This document shows positions 29,611 to 39,400 of a DNA stretch of 64,000 nt, piece after piece; positions within the stretch are counted from its first letter, which is position 1, and every line of letters starts with the position of its first letter. The notes below the pieces were generated by a model that worked only from the letters and a program-made list of their open reading frames with translations, did no database searches and was not told the DNA's origin. The DNA lies in sequence record NZ_CP027239.1. One strand, written 5' to 3'. Position numbers and translations under genes: made by a program. Source of the stretch: a plasmid.

Positions 29611-30251
29611 GCGGTCGGCCCAAGGCTCCGAGGACCCCACGAAGGCCCTTGGAGTGGGATGACACTGACATCGTCACGGTCAATCCCGGTACTGCGCTGT
29701 GGCGGATTCACAGGACTCGCGGTCCGTTCCCGAGCGCCTGGAGCGACTACCGCTTCTACGGGCCACTGCCGGGGATGCGGTGGGACCCCCACCCTGCGCC
29801 GACCGCAGCCCACACCGACTGCGCCGTCCTCTACACCGCCTACGACCTGCCCACCTGCATCGCGGAGGTCTCTCATCCCGCCGGCCTAGTCGACACCGTG
29901 ACGGCTAGCCCGTTCGCGACGTCCTGGTCCCCGACCAGGCCCCTGCGCCTACTCGATCTCACACGGCAGTGGCCGCTTCGGATGGACGCCACGCACGCCC
30001 TGATGTTCGCTCCCCGATCGACGTGCAGGAACTGGGCGCACGAGATCTGGAAGACCGCGCGCAGCGAGGGCAAGCAACTGGACGGACTCGAGGTGCAGTC
30101 GACGGTGACGGGCTCCAACATGGCCGTGCTGTTCTCTGACAGTCAAAACGCCCTTCCCGCCGCCCCGGCATTCACCTCCCCCCTCTCCGGGCCGATGGTC
30201 TTCACCATCGCGGCGAACCTCGCCGCCAGAGTGCAGTGGCCCATCATCTGA
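29607..30251 (+). CDS. RES-domain toxin (putative NAD+-targeting toxin of RES-Xre type)
   Basis: WRIHR...MRWDP...VLYTAYDLPTCIAEV matches the conserved Arg/Glu/Ser-containing RES core. Confidence 0.5.
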   Translation: MSGRPKAPRTPRRPLEWDDTDIVTVNPGTALWRIHRTRGPFPSAWSDYRFYGPLPGMRWDPHPAPTAAHTDCAVLYTAYDLPTCIAEVSHPAGLVDTVTASPFATSWSPTRPLRLLDLTRQWPLRMDATHALMFAPRSTCRNWAHEIWKTARSEGKQLDGLEVQSTVTGSNMAVLFSDSQNALPAAPAFTSPLSGPMVFTIAANLAARVQWPII

Positions 30252-30291
30252 GTCGCCGTCGTCGTCCTCGCGGGCCGGATGACCTCTCAGG

Positions 30292-30564
30292 ATGAGCCGC
30301 CGACGCTACAGACGAGACACCCCCGTCGCGCCGCCCCTTTTTCCGTGGGCCCGACTAACGTCGCGGGCCATGAGCGCCGTGGAAGACCGCCCCAACTACT
30401 GCCCGAACGGACATCCCTTCGGGCCGGACAAAGTCCTGGTCGGGTGGCGCCCTCCGCCGGTGGGCCAGGTCGGACGCGGTTCCCGCACCTACGAGTGCCT
30501 GCAGTGCGGGGCCATCATGGACTGGAAACCCACCCTGACGCCCGCCAGCGGCCCCCACAGGTAG
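30292..30564 (+). CDS. small Cys/His-containing protein (possible zinc ribbon)
   Basis: CPNGH...CLQC pattern; start uncertain, with an alternative ATG at 30370. Confidence 0.3.
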   Translation: MSRRRYRRDTPVAPPLFPWARLTSRAMSAVEDRPNYCPNGHPFGPDKVLVGWRPPPVGQVGRGSRTYECLQCGAIMDWKPTLTPASGPHR

Positions 30565-30750
30565 CGGTCGGGGGCGACTGCGACGCTGTCCGCACCACAT
30601 CCCGCCGAGCTCTCACCCGCCACCGGCCCGCATGCTGCTGCACCTTCCGGCCCTGCGCCGATAGTTGAGCCGTCCCACCGCCTCGGCCGGGAGCGGCTCC
30701 ACGAAGCCGCCCTGAGGACGAGCGGAACGCCCGACCGAAGGGAGCCCTCG

Positions 30751-31221
30751 ATGCTTCTGCGCGACATGCTCGACAAGTACGCCAACCTGCAGCGCCAACG
30801 CCAGCAGGAATCTGACGCCATCGAATCCGGCGAGCACGGCAGTTACGAGCTGTACGACGAGCTCGAAGACAACATCGCCGAGCTGTTCATCGACAACGCG
30901 CCCGCGCTGACTGCGCTGCTCGCCCGGCTCGACGCGCTGACCGCCGCGGTCACCGCCTACGACACGGCCACCGAGGCTGGAGACAACGACGACAGCCACG
31001 ACGAGGCGATCCGGGTGGCCGCCCGCGAGGTGATGGAGCAGGCGCGCGGCGCGGGCGGTGAGCACAGCGGGCCTGACTACGCCGATCTGCGCCAGGCGCA
31101 CACGGCAGCGTTGCGGGCCGTCGACGGCGACAGCAACGACGACGAGATCGCCGCCTGGCGTGAGACCGCGGAACTGGCGACGGCGTACCTGCCCGGCTAC
31201 CAGGACCCGACCATCGACTGA
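30751..31221 (+). CDS. hypothetical acidic protein
   Basis: Clean ORF of 156 aa. Confidence 0.4.
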   Translation: MLLRDMLDKYANLQRQRQQESDAIESGEHGSYELYDELEDNIAELFIDNAPALTALLARLDALTAAVTAYDTATEAGDNDDSHDEAIRVAAREVMEQARGAGGEHSGPDYADLRQAHTAALRAVDGDSNDDEIAAWRETAELATAYLPGYQDPTID

Positions 31222-31481
31222 CCACCACCACCTGACCCCGGTCCGAGCAACGGGCGGGGTCAGCTGGTCTCCGCTGAACGGCAGCGCCGCTGTCCGGCCC
31301 GGATCGCGCGCCTTCATCCGGCCGACGCCCGGCACCCACCCACGACGAACGGGTTCGACGGCGCGGTGCTGCACTCGCGGACCGCGGCGGAACCATCGAC
31401 AGCAACCGGGCCCGGAGCGACCTCCCTTGGCGCATCCGGCGTCACCGCAGCCAGGGCCCGGCGCAGGATGGAGGCTTAGAC

Positions 31482-32321
31482 ATGGGTCAGTACCACGTCA
31501 TCGCGAACCTCGATAAGCGCCTGGGGTACAGCCCCAGATCGACCGGCGACTTCCTCAAGCTCACCGAGTTCGGGCACGCAGGCGGAGCCATGTGCGCCCT
31601 GGTCGCCCTGCTCGATGGGGATTGGCACGGCGAGCGGGTGGCCATCGTCGGCGACTACGCAGAAACCGGCGACCTGACCGCCGAGGCGACACTGCGCGCC
31701 GGTCTCGATCCGGCGCATCTGTACGCGGCCATCAATCACCCCGCGTGGCTGCGTGAAACGCATGGCATCAGCAGCGACTGGCGCAACGTCGGCTGGCTGG
31801 CACGCAAAGTCGTCGCTGGCAGTGGGCTTGGCCGCTTCGACCGCCAGGAGTGGACGGTGCGCGACTACGACGGCACCGTCAGAACTAGCCACGGCTACCG
31901 GTGGGAGCTGACCCCGCAGCCTGACAGCAGGCAGCGCGTGGTGGTCAACCTCGACCGGGCCGAGAAGATCGACCCGGCCGCGTTCGGTGACGACCGCAGC
32001 CCCGGAGCGTTCGCCGTGGCCAACGAGGTCGGCGGCACCCTCGCGGCGCTCGCTGTGCTGCTGGCAGTCTCCTCGACTGGCGGAGGGCGCGGAGGCGGCG
32101 ACTTTCGTGGGTCCTCGCCGCTGGTCGGGTCGTGGGGAGGGCACCGCATTGGACTGCTCGACCCGGCCGACACCGCTGGCTACGTCGACATCAGCGAAGC
32201 CGTGAGAGGCGCACTCGCCGCAGCAGGGGAGGGCATCTACCGCGAGACCGGCGACGGCACTATCCAACGGGGCGACCCGTGGGCGGACCACCCCTGGGCG
32301 CACCTGGACCGGACCGCCTGA
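31482..32321 (+). CDS. hypothetical protein
   Basis: Clean ORF of 279 aa; no recognised motifs. Confidence 0.45.
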   Translation: MGQYHVIANLDKRLGYSPRSTGDFLKLTEFGHAGGAMCALVALLDGDWHGERVAIVGDYAETGDLTAEATLRAGLDPAHLYAAINHPAWLRETHGISSDWRNVGWLARKVVAGSGLGRFDRQEWTVRDYDGTVRTSHGYRWELTPQPDSRQRVVVNLDRAEKIDPAAFGDDRSPGAFAVANEVGGTLAALAVLLAVSSTGGGRGGGDFRGSSPLVGSWGGHRIGLLDPADTAGYVDISEAVRGALAAAGEGIYRETGDGTIQRGDPWADHPWAHLDRTA

Positions 32322-32494
32322 CCCGGCCGCGCGGACCTCGGAACTGCGGCCGAGGCCCGCGCGGGGTCGTCTGCCATGTCGCCGCTGTCCGCCCCTGAAC
32401 TGCGCCCTCCCATCTGCAAGATCCGCGCACTGCTGCACGCTCGAAGTGCCCGGGGACGGTGATGGCGTACCCACCGACACCAGGAGGAACCGCC

Positions 32495-32878
32495 ATGACC
32501 GGACACCACGCAGTTCTCGTCGACGTTGACGGCACCGTCACCGCTGAAACCTTCGACGCCATTGACCTCGACACCCTGACCTCCGCGCTCGACGTCAGGT
32601 ACGTCGACTGCGTGCAGGTGCGGCCCCTCAATCGCGACCGCGCCGTCACCCTGGACGCGTGGGTGGACGATGAGGGCCTGTTCAACAGCCCTCCCAACCC
32701 GGTCGCCTCCCAGTTGATCGCTGTGCTCTCCGAGCGGCCCTGCCAGCAGCTGTATGGCCGGGTCCTGCTCGCTGCCTGCGACCACGCCACTGGCGAGAGC
32801 ATTGGCCTGAGCGCTGAGAACCAGGAGGGCCTGGTGGCCATGGGCGGGCTCCTGGCGAGACTGCTCGCCCGCGTGTGA
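32495..32878 (+). CDS. hypothetical protein
   Basis: ATG after AGGAGGAA RBS. Confidence 0.45.
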   Translation: MTGHHAVLVDVDGTVTAETFDAIDLDTLTSALDVRYVDCVQVRPLNRDRAVTLDAWVDDEGLFNSPPNPVASQLIAVLSERPCQQLYGRVLLAACDHATGESIGLSAENQEGLVAMGGLLARLLARV

Positions 32879-33067
32879 AGCGCCCTGCCCGGGAGGCCCG
32901 CCAGCGCGGGCACCCCGGGCATTTCCGGCGGGCGGAGTCGGGCTGTCCGGCCCGCGGTGATGCCTGGCCGACGGTCGCCGGCCACCGCTCATCGGGGAGT
33001 GCTGCACCTTCTCGGGGCCGCGGGAAGGTCGATGCAGTCCAAACCCCCGAACGAAAGAAGGCCTCCA

Positions 33068-33694
33068 ATGTCGTGTTACGAGTGGGAGTCCGGCACCCTT
33101 GCCCTGCCGACCGCAGAGGTTCCGAAAATGCGGGCAGCGCTGAACGCGGCCCATTCCGCCCAGGTTGCGCGTGTGAAGGGCCTGCTCGATCAGCTGTGGC
33201 CCGAGCTCAAGAAGCTCCCGGCCGACAAGCGCCGCCGCGTCAACATGTACGACCCCAAGTTCAGGCAGCTGACCTCCACCGCCGATGTCGAGACAATGTC
33301 TGACCTCGATTCACTGCTCTACGCCAGCGACGGGCGCAAGCCCACGGCCGCGCACTGGAAGAAGGCGCTGGGCCACCCCGTCACAAACCGGACCTCGACC
33401 TGGCAGTGCGGCGAAGCCAGCATCGAACTCGAGGGCCGCCACCTGACCTGGAACGTGCCCGACAACAACCATGCCGTCGATCACGCCCGCGCATCTTGGC
33501 TCGGCCAGGCGCTGTTCGCCCAGCTGGCCCGCATCAACTGGACCCGCGGTTCCGGCGGCTACTTCGTCGGCAACAACGAGTACAACCAGGACACCTCTGA
33601 GCCGGGCGGCGGCGGAAACTACCTCACCGACACCTTCGGGCCCGCCGGAGACAAGGCCCGCAAGGCGCACAACGGGTTTGTCGCCTACTACTGA
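33068..33694 (+). CDS. hypothetical protein
   Basis: ATG after GAAAGAAGG RBS. Confidence 0.45.
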   Translation: MSCYEWESGTLALPTAEVPKMRAALNAAHSAQVARVKGLLDQLWPELKKLPADKRRRVNMYDPKFRQLTSTADVETMSDLDSLLYASDGRKPTAAHWKKALGHPVTNRTSTWQCGEASIELEGRHLTWNVPDNNHAVDHARASWLGQALFAQLARINWTRGSGGYFVGNNEYNQDTSEPGGGGNYLTDTFGPAGDKARKAHNGFVAYY

Positions 33695-33716
33695 CCGGCC
33701 GAAAGGAGCAACCGCC

Positions 33717-34136
33717 ATGAAGACCCTCGTGGAAGCCGACTACGTGCAGGCCGTGTGGCTGGGCACCGCAAGCCGCTACGGCCACAGTGACGAGCTCGTC
33801 GGTGGCCTCATCGCCGCAATCGACCGTCTCGACGACCGGGCCGTCAACACCGCGCTGGTCGACACCTGCCGCATGGACCTGGCCGTGGAGCGCCTGGGCA
33901 CCGCGCCCTGCTCCTGCGTCGACGAACTGCCCGAGAACGACCTCGCGCGGTGCCCGACGCTGGCCCCAGCGCTGGCAGAGGCGGGCCGGGCGATGATGCG
34001 GCAGGCCTGCGACTCGATCCGCCGCTGGAACGTGCTGGCCGTCAACGGCGGCTGGGTCGCCGCCGGGGTGGCCGACGACAACCACTACGACGGCACGATC
34101 CTCATCGGCCAGATCGACCCACTGGCCGGCACCTGA
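33717..34136 (+). CDS. hypothetical protein
   Basis: ATG after GAAAGGAG RBS. Confidence 0.45.
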   Translation: MKTLVEADYVQAVWLGTASRYGHSDELVGGLIAAIDRLDDRAVNTALVDTCRMDLAVERLGTAPCSCVDELPENDLARCPTLAPALAEAGRAMMRQACDSIRRWNVLAVNGGWVAAGVADDNHYDGTILIGQIDPLAGT

Positions 34137-34269
34137 CCCGCGGGGTTGGTGCGGTCACAGTCCGCACCAACCCCGCCTGAGTGCCGGCTGTGCCGCCTGT
34201 CCGGATGGGCACTGGGCGTTTGGCCCGCTCTGCACCCCGCTGCCGACGCGGTGATGCCATGCTGGGCGG

Positions 34270-34569
34270 ATGAGAAAAGCCATCGTGATCGCCGTCGAGC
34301 TGCGGCGGTACGTCGAGCCCGATGACCCTGCGGATGTGGACTGGTACGCCGAATGGGGCGTCCAGGGCGACAGCTCAGGCGTGGAGGACAGCCAAGAGTC
34401 GCTCCGCGAGCTCGTGGACGCCATCGTCGACGACGCTCGCAGATGGACCGACCGCTACGAAGTCACCATGGAGTGGAACATCGGCGGCGATGCGCCCGCC
34501 GGAAGCACCGTCGAAGACGAGATTCGCCGACTTGCTGTAGCCCTGCCCGCCCGCGTCGAGCCCTCCTGA
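34270..34569 (+). CDS. hypothetical acidic protein
   Basis: Clean ORF of 99 aa. Confidence 0.35.
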   Translation: MRKAIVIAVELRRYVEPDDPADVDWYAEWGVQGDSSGVEDSQESLRELVDAIVDDARRWTDRYEVTMEWNIGGDAPAGSTVEDEIRRLAVALPARVEPS

Positions 34570-34760
34570 CCTGGCAGGGGGGCGACGGGCGCGCCGCTCT
34601 GTCCGGCGGCGCTGCCCGGGCCGCGGCCCCGCCGGTGCACGTTGAGCGCCACCGTTGCCGGCCCGCATCTGAGGTCTGCTGCACTCCGTCGGGCCGCTGG
34701 TCGGATAGAGCCACAGCGGCCGGCACACGGTCGGCCCCGCTCGACTCCTTGGAGGCAGCC

Positions 34761-35060
34761 ATGAGCACCATCCCCACCGCGTCCGTCGCCGACAACCTCG
34801 CCACCGTCGAGGGCGTCAGCACCACCGTGTACCGCTCCCTGGTCGTCGCCCACATCGGCGACTACAAGACCGCGATGAAGATGGGCGCCCACAGCAACGC
34901 CCTGCGTGCCCTGGCGGAGGCCAGCCACCTGGGGCGGCAGTGGAAGAAGTCGGCGACCGAGCGCTGCCACGTGGCAGCGGCGACGGAGGCCGAGAAGCTG
35001 ATCGACTGGGCCACCGATCGGATGAACGAGCTGTGCGTGGCGGTGCTCGCCGCCGAGTAG
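34761..35060 (+). CDS. hypothetical protein
   Basis: ATG after GGAGG RBS. Confidence 0.4.
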   Translation: MSTIPTASVADNLATVEGVSTTVYRSLVVAHIGDYKTAMKMGAHSNALRALAEASHLGRQWKKSATERCHVAAATEAEKLIDWATDRMNELCVAVLAAE

Positions 35061-35200
35061 CGCCCCCTGGGCCTGCGGCCCCTCTCACCGGACAGTGGGA
35101 GGGGCCGTTCGCTGTGCGCTGCACGCGGGAGGTGAGTCGTAGGCGGCGGTCCGCGCTGCCACCTGCGGCGTCGTCGCGGCGAGCGCCTACTCGCGCTATG

Positions 35201-35250
35201 CTCGGGTAACGAGGGAACCGAAAAGTGTTACCCGTTACCGGTTACCGAGG
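35201..35250. promoter_or_regulatory. palindromic operator cluster upstream of kfrA-like gene
   Basis: CTCGGGTAACG...GTTACCCGTTACCGGTTACCGAG contains nested GGTAAC/GTTACC inverted and direct repeats. Confidence 0.4.
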
Positions 35251-35255
35251 GTGCA

Positions 35256-35825
35256 ATGTCCGCCGACAAGATTGCCCGGGCCTACGGAGCCCTCGCCGCA
35301 CGCGGCGAGAAGATCACCGTGCGAGCCGTTCAGCGAGAGGCGGGTGTGCGGATCGGGGAGGTGGCGACCTGGCTCCGCGAGCACACCCCCAGCGCCAGCG
35401 AGGACGTGCCGGAGGCCCCAGACCTGTCCGAGGCGATCGAGGCCATGTCCCAGGCGGTCTGGGCGGCGGCGTGGGTGAGGGCGGCCGAGCAGGCCGAACA
35501 GTCGGTGGCCGAGTCCCTCGCCGCGGCTCGGGAAGGTGAGGCTGCGGCGCTGGCCGCAGCAGAGCAGGCCAGCGCCGAACGGGACGATGCGGTCGCCGAG
35601 CGTAACCGGATCGCCGGCGAAGCAGATCGGCTGCGGCGCGACCTCGCTCAGGCGCAGCGCGAGCTCGAGGGTGCTCAGCGGGAGGCGCAGCAGGCTCTGA
35701 CGCGGGCTGAGGAGTCAGATCGGGCCCGGGTGCGCGCCGAGGCGACCTCGGACACCCTGCGAGAGGTTGTGGACGCGTTCCGGCGAGGCGAGACCGGCTC
35801 CGCGGCAGCGTCGGGCACCCCGTAG
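35256..35825 (+). CDS. KfrA-like DNA-binding coiled-coil protein
   Basis: N-terminus KIARAYGALAARGEKITVRAVQREAGVRIGEVATWLREH resembles the KfrA N-terminal DNA-binding domain; the rest is an Ala/Glu/Arg-rich coiled coil. Confidence 0.55.
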   Translation: MSADKIARAYGALAARGEKITVRAVQREAGVRIGEVATWLREHTPSASEDVPEAPDLSEAIEAMSQAVWAAAWVRAAEQAEQSVAESLAAAREGEAAALAAAEQASAERDDAVAERNRIAGEADRLRRDLAQAQRELEGAQREAQQALTRAEESDRARVRAEATSDTLREVVDAFRRGETGSAAASGTP

Positions 35826-35881
35826 CGCGGCGGCTGTCCGGACCCGTTGCCTGGGCCACGGCAGGCGCGGGCTCGTCGCGG

Positions 35882-36286
35882 CTACAGGAACTCGACGACG
35901 CAGTCTAGGTCCACCTCCGCCCATCGGCCCTGGTCGAGGATGATGGTGACGCTGTCGCGGTCCTGGGCCTGCAGGCCGGTCAGGATCCCGCTGTAGGAGC
36001 AGGACAGGCCACCGAAGTCTACGGCCCGCCCGAGGTGGTGGCCGGCCAGCTCGGAGGCGAAGACCCGCGCGGGCCGGTCGACGGCAGGAGAGAGCAGCAC
36101 GGGGCAGTCGGGGCGGACGTCGATGACGGCCCGGTCCCCGGCGGAGGTCTCCAGGGTCACCGTGACCCCATCTTCGGCGACGTCGAGGCCGACCAGCGTT
36201 CCCGTGGCAGGGGTGCCTGCGGTCTCGATGGTGGCTGTGCGGCCGAGGTGGGCCGGGGCCAGAGCCGCGGCGGTGATGCTGATCAT
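35882..36286 (-). CDS. hypothetical protein
   Basis: Clean ORF immediately downstream of the giant methyltransferase-helicase gene on the same strand. Confidence 0.4.
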   Translation of the reverse strand: MISITAAALAPAHLGRTATIETAGTPATGTLVGLDVAEDGVTVTLETSAGDRAVIDVRPDCPVLLSPAVDRPARVFASELAGHHLGRAVDFGGLSCSYSGILTGLQAQDRDSVTIILDQGRWAEVDLDCVVEFL

Positions 36287-36423
36287 GGTGTGGGGCTCCC
36301 GTCATCGGTGAGGTACTGCCCTTGATCCTCTCCGCGCGGTTTGCAGGTGCAGCACGCCGCGACAGCAGCCCCGCCGCCCGCCCTGCAGGGAGCAGAGCGG
36401 GCGGCGGGCGGGCGCGGTGGCGG

Positions 36424-39400
36424 CTATGCCGCAGCCTGCTCGTTGGCCTGGTCCTGCGCCAGGACGGCGATCCGTGCGGTGACGCGGTCGAGCTTGGCCT
36501 GCGCGTCGGTCAGCTCCTGCTCGCGGTCGAAGGTGAGCGAGTCGGCGACCGCGCGGAGCTGGTCGGCGTCGCGGCGCAACGCGTCGCGGCTGTCGTTGAG
36601 GCGGTTGATCTGCTCAGGCAGCCCCCTCGACCAGTCGTAGACGATCCGGTACAGCGCGTCAGCGAATCCGCTGGCAGAGCGGGGGACTGGACGGGGAAGG
36701 TCGAGGTGAGCCAGGACCGTTCCCCACCTGCACACCTGCACCGCGCGGCCCTTGCCGTACTCGGTGCGCTGCAGCGAGAGTTCGCCGAAGCGGTAGCGGC
36801 GGCTGTCGCGGCCCCGCAGGCTGCCGGCGGCCTCGTTGGCCTGCTCACGGGTCAGCGTGCGCTGGGTGTGCGTGAGGTTGGTGTGCACCCACTGCAGGGC
36901 CTGCGCGGCATCGTCTGCCCGGGCCGCAGAGTCCTCCCTGTGGCGGGCCTGGCTGAGCATGGCCTGCAGCTGCGCGCGGTGGGAGGCCCGGGCGATCTTG
37001 AGCTTCTGCACGGCCGCGGAGAGCGTGGCCTGCTCGATCAGTTCGGGGTGGCCGGTAGCTGCTGCGCTGACCTCGGCGAGGGAGACAGCGTCGCCGGAGA
37101 TGTCGAGGATTTCCCGATCCAACGGGGCGTTGGTGAACATCTGCTCGATCATCTGGTGCTTGCGGCGCACCGCGGCGGACACGAGCCCGTCGAAAGTGCC
37201 CTCGGTGACAACGGTGACGATGTCGACCGCCGGATTGAGGTTGCCCGGCCGCACCGCGCGACCTTCGCGCTGCCCCAAACTCGCCGCGGTCCAGGGCATA
37301 TCCACGTGATACAGCGCGCTGAGCCGGCGCTGCGCATTCACGCCGACGCCAGCCTTGGACGAACTGCCGAGCAGGACCGACACGCTGCCGACGCGGCACG
37401 CGGCGAACAGCTCCTCGCGCGCCTGAGTGGTGGCCGCCTCGTGAATGAACCGGATCCTCTCGGCCGGCAGCCCACGATCCACGAGCAGATCCCGCAGACG
37501 CCCATAGGTGCGGCCGTCGGGCCCGTGGGGCGATCCCAGGTCCAGGCACACCAGCTGGAACGTGCCGGTGGCGTCGCTGCCGGGGTAGCGGCGGTCGATG
37601 TTGGCCCAGTAGTGCTCGGCGATGCGATCGGCGGCCACGATCAGCTTCGGGGACGGCGCGTTGACGCCGACCAACTGGGGGTCCAGGGCCAGGGCGCGGC
37701 CGTCGTTGCACACCTTGAGAATGTTGTCGCCGCCGGGCTCGTTGCGGAACCCCTGCATCCGCAGCGCCTCGACCCGCTCCGACAGCGTGCGCATGTGCGC
37801 GATCTGGGCGGGGCTGGGCTTGGCGACCAGCAGGTGGCGGTTCACCTCGGGCCGCTCCAGGGGCAGTTCTGCGGAGGGCAGCATGTCGGTGAAGGCGCGC
37901 ATCATGGTTCGTGCTTCGGGGGCGTTGCGGATGCGGGCCGGGCGGGTGACAGCGCGAAGGTTCCCCCCGTCGGGCGAGGTTTCGATGACGGTCTCCCACT
38001 GGACGAAGGTGGCGGCCCAGGTGTCGAAGTTGCGACATTCCGCCTGGTCAAGCAGGGTGGGGGCGCAGATGCGCGCCCATACGAAAAGCTCCGAGAGGCT
38101 ATTTACAAACGGGGTGCCACTGCTGAGGGTCGCCACCGACCGGCCCGGGTACTTGGCGGCCAGGCTGGTGATCTTGATCAGCAGATCCAGGGCCCGCTGC
38201 GAGGTGCTGTTGCTCAGCCCGGACGTTCTCGTGGCGACGGGCAAGCCCTTGTAGAGGTGGGCCTCATCGACGCAAATATGGTCAACGGCCAGGTCGGCGA
38301 AGGTCAGAGCGTCGGGGTCATGGCGAGCCTCCCGCAGCGCGTCCATGCGGTTCTCCAGGGCGCGGCGGCGAGCGGCCAGCGCCTTGGCGCCACGAGTGCC
38401 GCCCTCGTCGCCGGACTGCAGCGCGGCCATCTCCTCGGCCAGGTAGGCCATCTCCACTTCGGGGTCCGCAGCCAGGGAGGTGAACAGCTCGTGGGAGACG
38501 ATCACCGCATCCCAATCACCGGCCGCGGCGCGGGCCACGAACTTGCGCTTGGCGCGGCCGGCGACCTGATCCTCAGTGGCGACAAGGAACTTCGCGGTAG
38601 GCCAGGTGGCGCGCGCTTCCCGGCTGAACTGAGCCAAAATAGGCTTCGGGACCGTGATAAGCGGCCGATTGGCCAGGCCGTATTCGCGCAGCTTAAGGCA
38701 CAATCCGACGAGCGTACGGGTCTTGCCGGCGCCGACTGAATGGGCCAAGTAGGCGGCCTGGTGTTCACACCGGAGTGCGTGGTCGATACCCCGCAGCTGG
38801 TTCTCCCACAGGGTCACCCCCGGCGCTATCGACGGGAACTGCAGATAGTCACCATTCGGACGCCTCGGGACCACCGAATTGTGCAGCCGGTTGTACCGCT
38901 CGCACGCCCGCTCGGCCCGCTGCGGATCCGACCACAGCCACACCGTGAACGCCTGCGTCAGCTCCACCAGGCGATCCGCCGCCAGCGCCGACTCCGAGGC
39001 GTTGCGTACCCGCCGCTCCCGCCGCGTCTCCGGGTCGGTGACCGTGTCGTACACGACCGGAGTCCCACCATTGAGGCCCGCGGTGACGATCTCGGCGACC
39101 GTCATCCGCGACGTCCCGTATCTGGTCTGAGCCTGCGCAGACGCCCCGCCGTAGCCGGTATCGACATCCCACGCCGCCACCGCCGGGGTGTACGACACCC
39201 GCGCATACCGGTAGCCCATCTCCTCCTCCAGGAACCGGGCGATGTCGCCGCCGGCCAGCCACGCCGCACCGAACGCGACACTGATCTCATCGGGCCCCAG
39301 CTGCGGCGGAAGTACCTCCTCCAACGCCTCGACGTTGCGCGCGAACGAGCCGTCGAACTGCGCCGCGGCCCGCGCCGTATCCAGCTTCGCCGCGATGTTG

